Assembly: GCA_963846735.1 (NCBI GenBank) | Contig: CAWJXC010000006.1 | Span: forward strand, 11,735 to 75,734 | DNA length: 64,000 nucleotides | Direction of reading: 5' to 3' | Origin: Candidatus Bathyarchaeota archaeon | Lineage (GTDB): Archaea > Thermoproteota > Bathyarchaeia > Bathyarchaeales > Bathycorpusculaceae | In this document: positions 34,147 through 43,644 of the stretch, one piece after another | Numbering within the stretch: position 1 is the stretch's first letter | Layout of the letters: each line of letters starts with the position of its first letter | Notes under the pieces: generated by a model | Told to the model about the DNA's origin: nothing | What the model saw: only the letters and a program-made list of their open reading frames with translations | Database searches by the model: none | Program-made: the position numbers and the translations under genes

Positions 34147-35616
34147 ATGACAACGCAGCAACAGCAAAACATCGAAGGCTTCTTGGAAGCGGCAAACGAA
34201 GCAGCAAAAGTAATTCTGGAAACCGCTAAAAAAGATGGTTTTATCCTTGTGTTTTCGCATTTGGATGCGGACGGGGTTGCTGCTGCAGGCGTAATGGGCA
34301 AAATGCTCTATCGGCTCGATGCCCGTTTCCGAATACGTGTGATGCAGTGGGTTGATGACAAAATTATCGGCGAAGTCATATCTGACAAACCGCAACTTGT
34401 GATTTTGACGGATTTTGGCAGCGGATACCTAGACCTCTTAAACGAGAAAATCCCAAACGTGAAAGTTGTAATCCTTGATCACCACCAAATAAATAGCAAA
34501 GTGGTTAACCCAAATTTTGTTCAAGTCAACCCGCACCTGTTTGGCATTGATGGGGCAACGGATGTTAGTGGTTCAGGGGTGGCTTATTTTGCGGCTAAAG
34601 CGGTGAATTCGGCGAATGTGGATTTGGCGCCCATAGCTATAGTTGGCGCTCTTGGAGATATGCAGGACAAGTATGAACAGCGCAGCATGCGAAGCCTAAA
34701 CGAGATAATGGTAAACGACGCCGTCGCCGCTGGCGTGCTAAAGGTTGAGAAGGATTTGATTTTTTTCGGCAGAGAAACAAGACCCATCTACAAGATGTTA
34801 GCTACTACAACTAACCCGTTTATTCCGGGGCTAAGTGGACAAGAAACGGAAGCCTTGAATTTCGTTGCAAACTTAGGCATTCCGCTCAAGCAGGATGACA
34901 GGTTGAGGGCTCTTTGCGACTTAACGGATGAAGAACGCAAACGCCTCTGCACGGCATTGGCGGATTACTTGTTGTCAAAGGGCTTACATTTGGAAGTTGA
35001 TAACCTCATCGGCTACATCTACATTTTAACCAAAGAAGAACCCAACACTGCAATGCGGGATGGGCGTGAATTTGCTGTCTTGTTGAATTCAACGGGACGC
35101 ATGGACCGTCCCAGCCTTGGCATCGCCATTTGCATGGGCGACCGTAAAGCAGCGCTTGAGGAATCCAACAAAATCCTTGAAGACTACCGAAAAAACATCA
35201 ACAAATATCTGGGGTGGGTAGCGGAAAAACCTGAACGCATGCGCGAACTCCAAAACATCTACGTAATCTACGGTGAAAACTTTATCAACGAAAAAATCAT
35301 AGGCACCGTCTCCTCCATCATTGTTTCAAGCCTTGCCAACAACGAAAAACCCCTCATCGCGTTTGCCAACATTGAGCAGGAAAACGCCGCCAAATTCTCA
35401 GGCAGAACAACGGAAGCAGCACTCCGCAAAGGCGTCAACCTTGGTGACGTTATGCGGGTCGCTTCAGAGGCGCATGGCGGCAAAGGCGGAGGACACAACA
35501 TCGCTGCAGGCGCTCAGGTGCCACTGGACAAGGTAATTGATTTCGTTAAAACTGTGGATGAATTGGTTGGTAGGCAACTTAAGGGTGAGAAGCTTGGAAG
35601 CGACAGTCACGCTTGA
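34147..35616 (+). CDS. RecJ/Cdc45-like DHH phosphoesterase (GAN-type)
   Basis: SHLDADG, TDFGSG, ILDHH, GALGDMQD, DHHA1 GGGHNIAAGA; located in the rps15-recJ-pcc1 neighbourhood. Confidence 0.9.
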   Translation: MTTQQQQNIEGFLEAANEAAKVILETAKKDGFILVFSHLDADGVAAAGVMGKMLYRLDARFRIRVMQWVDDKIIGEVISDKPQLVILTDFGSGYLDLLNEKIPNVKVVILDHHQINSKVVNPNFVQVNPHLFGIDGATDVSGSGVAYFAAKAVNSANVDLAPIAIVGALGDMQDKYEQRSMRSLNEIMVNDAVAAGVLKVEKDLIFFGRETRPIYKMLATTTNPFIPGLSGQETEALNFVANLGIPLKQDDRLRALCDLTDEERKRLCTALADYLLSKGLHLEVDNLIGYIYILTKEEPNTAMRDGREFAVLLNSTGRMDRPSLGIAICMGDRKAALEESNKILEDYRKNINKYLGWVAEKPERMRELQNIYVIYGENFINEKIIGTVSSIIVSSLANNEKPLIAFANIEQENAAKFSGRTTEAALRKGVNLGDVMRVASEAHGGKGGGHNIAAGAQVPLDKVIDFVKTVDELVGRQLKGEKLGSDSHA

Positions 35617-35845
35617 GTACAAAAACGAAAAGACTGCGCAAGCCATTGCCAAGGCGGTTTCGCCCGATAACTTCAAAACACCCATCGGGTTGCAAGTTAA
35701 AACCGTGAGGGAAAACAACAAAGTAATAACTAAAATTAGCTGCGACGGTAAACTCGCCACCTTCACCGCCACCCTTGACGATTTACTCTTCAGCGCATCC
35801 ACAGCAGAAAAAACGCTTCGCGCAATAAACAAAATCAAAAGCTAA
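35585..35845 (+). CDS. pcc1: KEOPS subunit Pcc1
   Basis: TAQAIAKAVSPDN..TFTATLDDLL; follows the RecJ-like gene as in other archaea. Confidence 0.85.
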   Translation: MRSLEATVTLEYKNEKTAQAIAKAVSPDNFKTPIGLQVKTVRENNKVITKISCDGKLATFTATLDDLLFSASTAEKTLRAINKIKS

Positions 35846-35914
35846 GCGGCTCTAGCTTAAATTATAAATACTTTTTACTTGAATTAGTTTGTGAAAACGC
35901 GAAGAGGCCGATAA

Positions 35915-36394
35915 ATGAAAACTTTCAAGAAAGTTTTGGCTGGATTAACTATAATAATGGTTTTATGCGCTACAACCGCGATTTTAATTCCTTTTCTCAG
36001 TCCTCCCCTTATCGGATATAGCGATTTGGTAGCAAAGAAATTAGTGGATGAACCGGAAAAATATTTCGTTATAACAAATCCTGACCCTGCTTTGCTGCAA
36101 GCTATTTCCCAATCAGGAGAACATGTGGCTCTTAAGTCGTTCGATGAAACTCAAATTGATGAATTGATGAGTCAGTATGGCACAGATAATATAGAATATC
36201 AGGATAGCTACTATCAGGTAAGGATTTATTTTGTAGATGCAATGGGTTGGACGAACGAGACATTGATGCTATTTTGGTTTTCTATTTCTGGTTTCATACT
36301 ATCACTAATCCTTCTCGTTTTTGCTGCTTTCGTTAAAGGCGGATTAGACAACCTTAAAAAACAAAAGGGACAACAACCTCAAGCTCTTACTTAG
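35915..36394 (+). CDS. Hypothetical two-TM membrane protein
   Basis: N- and C-terminal hydrophobic helices; AT-richer than flanking genes. Confidence 0.7.
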   Translation: MKTFKKVLAGLTIIMVLCATTAILIPFLSPPLIGYSDLVAKKLVDEPEKYFVITNPDPALLQAISQSGEHVALKSFDETQIDELMSQYGTDNIEYQDSYYQVRIYFVDAMGWTNETLMLFWFSISGFILSLILLVFAAFVKGGLDNLKKQKGQQPQALT

Positions 36395-36413
36395 CCGTTT
36401 CCAACATAGCGCA

Positions 36414-36442
36414 AATCCGCCTTTATATAAGGGGGGCTATAG
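36414..36442 (-). repeat. Dispersed intergenic repeat copy B
   Basis: Minus strand CTATAGCCCCCCTTATATAAAGGCGGATT matches 43548-43574; also forms a 12-bp inverted repeat with 36334-36345. Confidence 0.75.
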
Positions 36443-36465
36443 AAAAAAATCGCGCAAGAGTCCAG

Positions 36466-36880
36466 CTATATTATTGGTTTGTAGGTTAAAGCGAGTGCTC
36501 CTCCGATGATGCCGAAGATTGCGCCGACAAAGTATCCGCCCATGCCCACAAAGCTAACTGCGGAAAACACCACGATAACTATTCCCCAAATGACGTGTTC
36601 TTCGGGGTGAAGCCTTAGCACAAATGCAGCTCATCAACACTATTACTCCGCAAACAAGGCTTACTATGGAGATGGCGACAAAGAAATTGTTAGAACTTGC
36701 GTAGTTGCCCATGAAGTTGTGGTAGCCATCCATTGCTCCGCTCATGTAACCGCCGAATCCGCCCCAATTTGGAGCACCAGAACCAAACCAGACAGCGTTA
36801 ATTAAGCTAAATACAAGTACAATTAAGCCGCCGACCAGCGACATCACATAAGACAACGTTAACCCTTGACGTGTACTCAT
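36466..36880 (-). CDS. Gly-rich membrane protein (frameshifted)
   Basis: SLVGGLIVLV..SIVSLVCGVIVL, then WGIVIVVFSAVSFVGMGGYFVGAIFGIIGGALAL in the shifted frame. Confidence 0.75.
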
Positions 36881-36893
36881 AAACTTACCCCCT

Positions 36894-38673
36894 CTAAATC
36901 AGAAACCTTTTCGGGTCAGTATCAATGTCCACGATTACTGGCTTTGTGGCTTTCAGCGCTTTGTCAACGGCTGCTTCCAGCTCGTTTGGCTCAGTAACTT
37001 TGATGCCTAAACCGCCTGCGTGTTCGGCAAAGTCGGCGAAACTGAAATCGTAGAGGTCAGTTTGCCAGCCTTCAAAGCCCTCAACTTTTTGCTCCTGCAT
37101 AATCATTCCCAACCGCTTGTTGTTCATAACAAACACTTTAACAGGCAAATTATACTTCAGAGCAGTCAAGAAATCGCCCAAAACCATCGTTAAGCCGCCA
37201 TCACCCGTTAAACAGACAATCTGCCGTCTCGGGATAAGCCAGCGCAGCAGCTAAAGCTCCAGGCAAACCAAAACCCATCGTAGCCAAACTGTCCGCTCAT
37301 GACCATCTTCTGGGTTTTCTTCATCTGGAAGTTGCGGCCAAACCACCAGCAGTTCTCGCCAACATCTAGCGAAATCACCGCGTCATCAGCGATTTTTTGG
37401 TTTAGCACCTTGATTATGTATTGTGGTCTTATTGGTTTCATGGTTGAGTCTGCTTCTTTTTCGAGTTGGCTTAGCCATTCCTGTTTTAGCCTCACAACTT
37501 CAGCCACGTAATCTCGCGTTCTCCTTTTGCTGAACCTTCTCGGTCAGCTTGGGAATCAGAACTGCGCTGTTGCCCAGCAAGCCAACTTCAACTGGGTATC
37601 TGCGAGCAATCATCAATGGGTTAATGTCAATCTGCACCGTGCGTTTCTTGGGAATCAGCGACAAATCCGAAAACGATGAGCCAATTGCAATGAGCAAATC
37701 CGCTTTCTCCATAAGCGTTCGCCAGCAGCAGTTGAACCGACACCGCCATGGCACCCAACATAGAGCGATTCGTTTTCGTCAACGACGCCTTTAGCGCGAA
37801 AAGTCGAAATAATCGGCGCACCAATCTTCGACGCCAATTTTAACAGTTTAGTGCCTTGTCCTCTGGCGCCAAAACCCGCCAAAATCACAGGTCTTTGCGC
37901 TTGGTCGATAACTTTTGCTGCTTTCTCAATCACCCATTCCTCCTGTCCATAAGCCAGGTTAGGCATTCTGCCTTCAAACGGCAAAATCTCCGCTTCATAA
38001 GGCAACTTTTGCACGTCGTTGGGAATCCCAATGTGAGCGACACCCTGATCCAAAAGCGCATGCTTAATCGCCAACGTCGCAAGCGATGTGGTTTGGTCTT
38101 CAGTCATCAAGGTCTTGTTGTAAGACGGTTAACGGCTCAAAGAACGCTTGCTGATCAATCTCTTGGATGTGCACCTTGACCCATCTGTTTGCGAGGAACC
38201 ATACCTGTCAACGCTAAAACGGGCGAATGATCCAGCTGCGCATCATACAAGCCAGTGACCAAATTGGTTGCGCCTGGACCAGAAATGCCAAGGCAAGCCG
38301 CCACATGCCCAGTTAATTTGCCGTAAGCTGAAGCCATAAACGCGGCTGTCTCCTCATGGCGAACCTGGATGTACTTGACTTTGCCGTTGGTTTTGCGTAT
38401 GGCATCCACAACACCCAAAGTTGAGGTGCCTGGAATACCGAAAACGTATTTGACGCCCCACTCAGCAATCTGGTTAATCAGCACGTCGGAAACTGTGTGC
38501 TCAGCTTTCTTTTCGTTTCCTGACTGCTCGGCTTCTCCGCTAATAGCACAAACGCTGATTTGGGTGCTCCACAAACAGGACAAACCCATTCTTTTGGTAA
38601 ATCAGCTAAACTTTACTTTTTCTTTAGCGTCATCATAAACCCAATTGCAAACTGTACACCTGTATTTCGCCAT
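36894..38673 (-). CDS. ThDP-dependent pyruvate oxidase/ALS-like enzyme with N-terminal rubredoxin (multiple indels)
   Basis: N-terminus MAKYRCTVCNWVYD..LPKEWVCPVCGAPK; then VFGIPGTS, VRHEETAAFMASAYGKLTG, SGPGATN, GDGG..MNNKRLGMI. Confidence 0.88.
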
Positions 38674-38767
38674 AACAAACCCTCAAAAACGCTACTAGAA
38701 ACTAAATTGATTTCGTCCTTATCAGCTTATTGGAATAAAATAACTTGGAAAATAATAATTTTTTTCT

Positions 38768-38896
38768 TCAATTGACTTTTGCTTTAATATCTTTTAGCGA
38801 ATAAATGTCAGGTTCTTCCTCAAGTAATGAATCGAGTTTCTTGTTAACTTCTGAAAGTAGCGACTTTATTTCTTTTAACTCAACTTCAAGAGTCAT
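38768..38896 (-). CDS. 42-aa antitoxin-like micro-ORF
   Basis: MTLEVELKEIKSLLSEVNKKLDSLLEEEPDIYSLKDIKAKVN; TATA TTATATAA on the minus strand near 38925. Confidence 0.45.
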   Translation of the reverse strand: MTLEVELKEIKSLLSEVNKKLDSLLEEEPDIYSLKDIKAKVN

Positions 38897-39020
38897 TTTT
38901 CCACAAGCAATATTCCTTTTTTGCTTATATAACGATTGTTCAAAACTAAACACTAAAATGATTTGCTAAATAATCGAACAATTTTATAAACTGCCCAACC
39001 CACTATTCACCTGTAAAGAG

Positions 39021-39963
39021 ATGCCCTTTATGGAGAACTGGGATGTCATAATCATCGGCGCTGGCTCCGCAGGTTTAGCCGCTGGAATTTACACTGTACG
39101 CAGTGGACTAAAAACCCTGATTTTAGACGAGAAACTTCCTGGCGGCACAATCTCTGATGCCTCAACTGTGGTGAATTATCCTGGGTTTGCGGAGATTAGC
39201 GGTGGAGAACTTGCAGAAAAAATGACCACTGCACTGCAGAAAAGTTGGCGCAGTCATCCACGATTTGGAACCTGTCACCGAATTGGAGCTTACGGGCGAA
39301 AAGAAAATTGTGAAAACCTCAAGCGCAACCTATGAAGCTAAAGCAGTAATATTTTCCGCGGGTTCACATTACAAGGAAATTGGCGTTAAAGGCGAAAAAG
39401 AGTTTCGCGGAAGAGGCGTAAGCTACTGCGGCGTTTGCGATGGACCATTCTTTAAGGGCAAAAAAGTGCTTGTTGTCGGCGGCGGAAACTCGGCTTGCAT
39501 CACTACGCTTTACCTTTCAGGTCTTGCAGCGCAGGTCACGGTTATTCATAGAAGGCAAGCTTTCAGAGCAGAAGAATCCTTGGTGACTGACATAGCAGCA
39601 AAAGGCAATGTAAACATTCTGTGGAACACTGAAGTTCAAGAAATTAAAGGCGACAAACAAGTAAAAACCGTCACCCTAATCGACAACATAACCCAGAAAA
39701 CAAGCGAACTAGCCGTTGATGCGGTTTTTGTGCAAGTCGGCGAAGCACCCAACAGTCAAATCGCCAAAGCCAGCGGTGTAGAAACAGACGAGCATGGCTA
39801 CATCAAAATAGACATTCGCCAACAAACAAATCTGCCGGGAGTTTACGCGGCAGGCGACGTAACCAACCATCCTGTTAAGCAGGTGGGAACAGCTGTGGGT
39901 CAAGGCATCACTGCGGCTCTGGAAGCTTACAGTTACATTAGACGACCGTATTACAGAAAATAG
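39021..39963 (+). CDS. trxB: Thioredoxin reductase (one indel)
   Basis: IIGAGSAGL, NYPGF, GRGVSYCGVCDG, VGGGNSA, HRR, GVYAAGDV. Confidence 0.95.
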
Positions 39964-40071
39964 AGAGAAAGGATTATAATCATTCTAAAACCCTTTTCGC
40001 TTTCAATTAGCTTAAGCTAGCATGCTAAAGCATTAAAGTAACAGCGGAAACGCATGAAAAGAGGTTTACAA

Positions 40072-41297
40072 ATGAGTGAAAAATGTCTCGCTGTAGTGGA
40101 AATCAATCAAGACTTATGTAGCCGATGTTATGTCTGCAAATCAATCTGCCCCTATGAAGCCATAAAAGCTGATTCAACGGGCAAAGTGGAAATTAACAGT
40201 CAAGACTGCCAAGTTTGCGGCATCTGCTACAGTGCTTGCCCATCTGCAGCCATAAAAATGCAGTATTACACTTACGATAACCTATCAGAATACCTTAAAA
40301 AGGCACAGGCAAAAGCCAAAAACGCTGACACGCTTGGTTTTGATGTGCCGAGGAAACTCGCCTTCCACGGGTGAAGTTCAAGACATCCTTAAAGCGCAAG
40401 GATTGAAAGTTGACAATTACATTGCTTTGCGTTTGCCCTGTGCAGGTAGAGTTCCAACTGACTTTGTTTTTGAAGCCCTCAATTCGGGCATAAAAAATAT
40501 TGTTTCGGTTCAATGTGAAGACCCATTCTGCCGCTACAAAGAAGGCACAAAAATTAACACTCGCAGACTCGTTTTAGCCAGAAACGTTCTAAAACAGTTA
40601 GGCTTCGATGAAAACGCTGTTAGAATTGTAAAGTTCTCACGCAAAGCAGTCTACGACGTGCAAGAATGTGTGGGCTGCGACAAATGCATCTTCATCTGCC
40701 CATACGGCGCACTTGAGTTCGAATCGTTTGCAACTCCAAAAGTTAACGAAGAAAAATGCGTCGGCTGCGGCGCATGCCAACTGGTTTGTCCACACCACGC
40801 CATCCAAGTGAAAGGCTTCGAGTTTGACGAAGTAGTGGACCGCTACGGCAAATCGCTTGAACAGCTGAAAGCTAAAAACAAAGGTCCAGCAGTTCTCGCT
40901 TTCGTCTGCCAATGGTCAGAGTTCTCAGCACTGGACAACCCAAACAAAGCGTTTGAAGGCAAAAACGTCTTGGCTCTGGAGGTTCCATGCTTCAAATCCC
41001 TTGACCCAGTCCACGTCATCAACGCATTAAACTGCGGCTTTGACGGCGTCATGGCGCGTGGTTTGCTCATCTAAAGACTGCAAGCTTCAAGAAGGCCGAG
41101 ACACTGCAGAACGCAACGTTGCTGCGTTGAAGGTGGCACTTAAAAAGCTGGGTTTGCTTGACCGATTCGAACTCTACGAGGAATCACCCAGATGCGCTGG
41201 CGACTTTGAGCAGAAACTCGATGAATTCTACGAGAAAATTTCTGCTTTACCTAAACGTGAAGTAACTGTGGAGGCGACTGCAAAACGTACAAAATAG
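40072..41297 (+). CDS. Tandem (2x[4Fe-4S] ferredoxin + MvhD/FlpD-like)x2 protein (two indels)
   Basis: Four CxxCxxCxxxCP motifs. Two MvhD-like units: LMCRG..LPCAGRV..QCEDPFCRYKEG and FVCQWSE..VPCFKSLDP..GFDGV..CSSKDCKLQEG. Confidence 0.85.
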
Positions 41298-42130
41298 TAA
41301 CAAAAAAAGAGCTTGTTCCAAAAATTAAACTGTTTGAAGTTGATGCTCCAGATGTTGCGGCTAAATCGCAAGCTGGACAATTCCTAATCGTAATTCATGG
41401 CAAGACTGGCGAACGAATACCCTTAACCATCTGCGGATATGACCGAGCGAAAGGCACAGTTTCTTTTGCTTTCCATGAAGTCGGCAAAACCACCAAAGGA
41501 CTTGGCTTGCTAAACCAAGGCGAATGCATCGACAACGTTACTGGTCCACTTGGCAATCCATCTGAAATCAAAAATTTCGGCAAAGTTCTCTGCGTCGGCG
41601 GAAGCGTAATGATTGCACCATTGCTGCTGCAGGCTAAAGCCATGAAAGAAGCAGGCAACAAAGTCACCACAATTCTTGGCGCACGAACAAAAGAATTCAT
41701 TATGATGGAAAAAGAAGCTAAAGCCCTCAGCGACAAAGTCTACGTTGCAACAGACGACGGCTCAAAAGGCTACAAAGGCTTAGATTTCCTAAAAGAACTG
41801 CTGAAGACGGAAAAGTTTGACCGCTGCGTCGTTATGGGTCCAGTTATCCTCATGAAAGACGTTAGCGAAATCACCAAACCCTACAACATTCCAACAGTCG
41901 TCACTTTAACGCCCATAATGATTGATGGCATGGGCATGTGCGGAGTATGCCGAGTTACAGTTGACGGCAAAATGATGTTCGGCTGCGTGGATGGACCAGA
42001 GTTTGACGGTCACAAAACTGACTTTGACGAGTTAATTCTGCGTCAACGAACGATGCTTCCTGAAGAACGTTTAAGTTCAGTATTGTCGGAAATGAGTGGA
42101 GGTTGCAAGTGTGGCAGAAGTAAAGCCTAA
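41285..42130 (+). CDS. nfnA: NfnA/SudB small subunit of NADH-dependent ferredoxin:NADP oxidoreductase
   Basis: YKIVTKKEL..GQF..GERIPLTI, GPLGNP, TDDGSKG, DGMGMCGVCRV..CVDGPEF. No ATG at the expected start (ACG at 41285). Confidence 0.9.
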   Translation, partial: TYKIVTKKELVPKIKLFEVDAPDVAAKSQAGQFLIVIHGKTGERIPLTICGYDRAKGTVSFAFHEVGKTTKGLGLLNQGECIDNVTGPLGNPSEIKNFGKVLCVGGSVMIAPLLLQAKAMKEAGNKVTTILGARTKEFIMMEKEAKALSDKVYVATDDGSKGYKGLDFLKELLKTEKFDRCVVMGPVILMKDVSEITKPYNIPTVVTLTPIMIDGMGMCGVCRVTVDGKMMFGCVDGPEFDGHKTDFDELILRQRTMLPEERLSSVLSEMSGGCKCGRSKA

Positions 42131-43521
42131 ACCAAAGTTGAATAAGAAAGCCGTAGAGATGGCAAAGCAAGAGCCGAAAGTTCGCGCTAAAAATTTCAGT
42201 GAAGTTGCTTTAGGTTACACTGAAGCAGAAGCCCAAGAAGAAGCAAGCCGATGTCTGCAATGTCCCAATCCACAGTGCAGAACAGGTTGCCCCGTAGACG
42301 TTCCTATTCCAACATTTCATCAAATGCATCAAAGAGAAAAAGTACGCTGAAGGCATAGCAACCATAAAAAGCAAAAACGCCTTGCCAGCAGTTTGCGGAC
42401 GAGTTTGCCCTCAAGAAGTGCAGTGCCAAGCAAAATGCGTCATCGGCAAGATGGGTGAACCAGTAAGTATTGGACGCTTAGAACGCTTCCTTGCAGATTG
42501 GGAACGCGATAATGGTTCTCAGCTTCCGCCGAAAGCTCCAGCCACAGGCAAAAAAGTAGCTGTTATCGGTGCTGGTCCAGCAGGATTAACCGTGGCAGCA
42601 GACCTTGTAAAACTCGGTCACGAAATCACAATGTTTGAAGCGTTGCATGTCGGCGGTGGAGTGTTATCTTACGGAATTCCAGAGTTCCGTTTACCAAAAG
42701 CCATCGTCCAAAACGAAGTCAATTACGTCCAAAAGCTCGGCGTTGACTTGCGCCTCGGCAACCTAGTAGGCAGAATCCACACCATCCCAGAACTCATGAA
42801 AAACGGTTATGACGCAGTTTTCATCGGCAGCGGCGCTGGCTTGCCACAGTTCACGGGTTGCAAAGGAGAAAACCTTGGCGGAATCTACTCAGCAAACGAA
42901 TTCCTCATCCGCGTTAACCTCATGAAAGCATTCCTGTTCCCAGAATACGATACACCAATACGCATCGGCAAACACGTGGTCGTCATCGGCGGCGGAAACG
43001 TTGCTATGGACTGCGCACGAAGCAGCATGCGACTCGGCTCGGACGTTTGCTTGCTCTATAGACGTTCACGCGACGAATTGCCAGCAAGAAGTGAAGAAAT
43101 CGAGAATGCGGAAGAAGAAGGCTTAGTCTGCAAATTCCTTGCTGCACCCCTCGAATTCTACGGCGACGACAAAGGCTGGGTTAAAGCCATGAAGTGCATC
43201 GCGATGGAACTCACTGAACCTGACGCAAAAGGCAGAAGAGGCGTCAAAGAGGTTCCAGGCTCAGAATTCACCATGGACGTGGACACAGTCATCATCGCCA
43301 TCGGACAAACACCCAACCCAATCATCCAACGCACCACAGGCGGCTTACAAAGCGACCCAAAACACGGAACAATCTGCGTTAACGAAGTTGGCAAAACCAG
43401 CTTAGATGGCGTTTACGCAGGCGGAGACGTCGCAACAGGAGCAGCAACAGTCATAAGCGCAATGGGCGCAGGCAAACGCGCAGCCAAAGCAATGCACGAA
43501 TACCTCACCAACAAGAAATAA
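42111..43521 (+). CDS. nfnB: NfnB/SudA (GltD-like) large subunit (one indel)
   Basis: NFSEVALGY..EASRCLQC..C..GCPV, CGRVCPQE.QC, IGAGPAG, YGIPEFRLP, GGGNVAMD, YRR; GTG start with GGAGG SD. Confidence 0.93.
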
Positions 43522-43533
43522 GCGCTAATCTAG

Positions 43534-43577
43534 TAGTCTCTTTGAGACTATACCCCCTTATTTAAAGGCGGATTAGA
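43534..43577 (+). repeat. Hairpin plus dispersed intergenic repeat copy A
   Basis: TAGTCTC-TTT-GAGACTA hairpin overlapping CTATACCCCCTTATTTAAAGGCGGATT, between convergent nfnB and MFS genes. Confidence 0.7.
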
Positions 43578-43644
43578 GTTCATTTGAGAAAAGATAGTGC
43601 TCTGTTGACCTATCCCCTTCAGAATCAACCTTTTTGTTGATTTT

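Noticed and set aside
42111-43521. Annotation as glutamate synthase small subunit
   Set aside because: It is paired with an NfnA/SudB gene and no GltB large subunit is nearby, so NfnB fits better.
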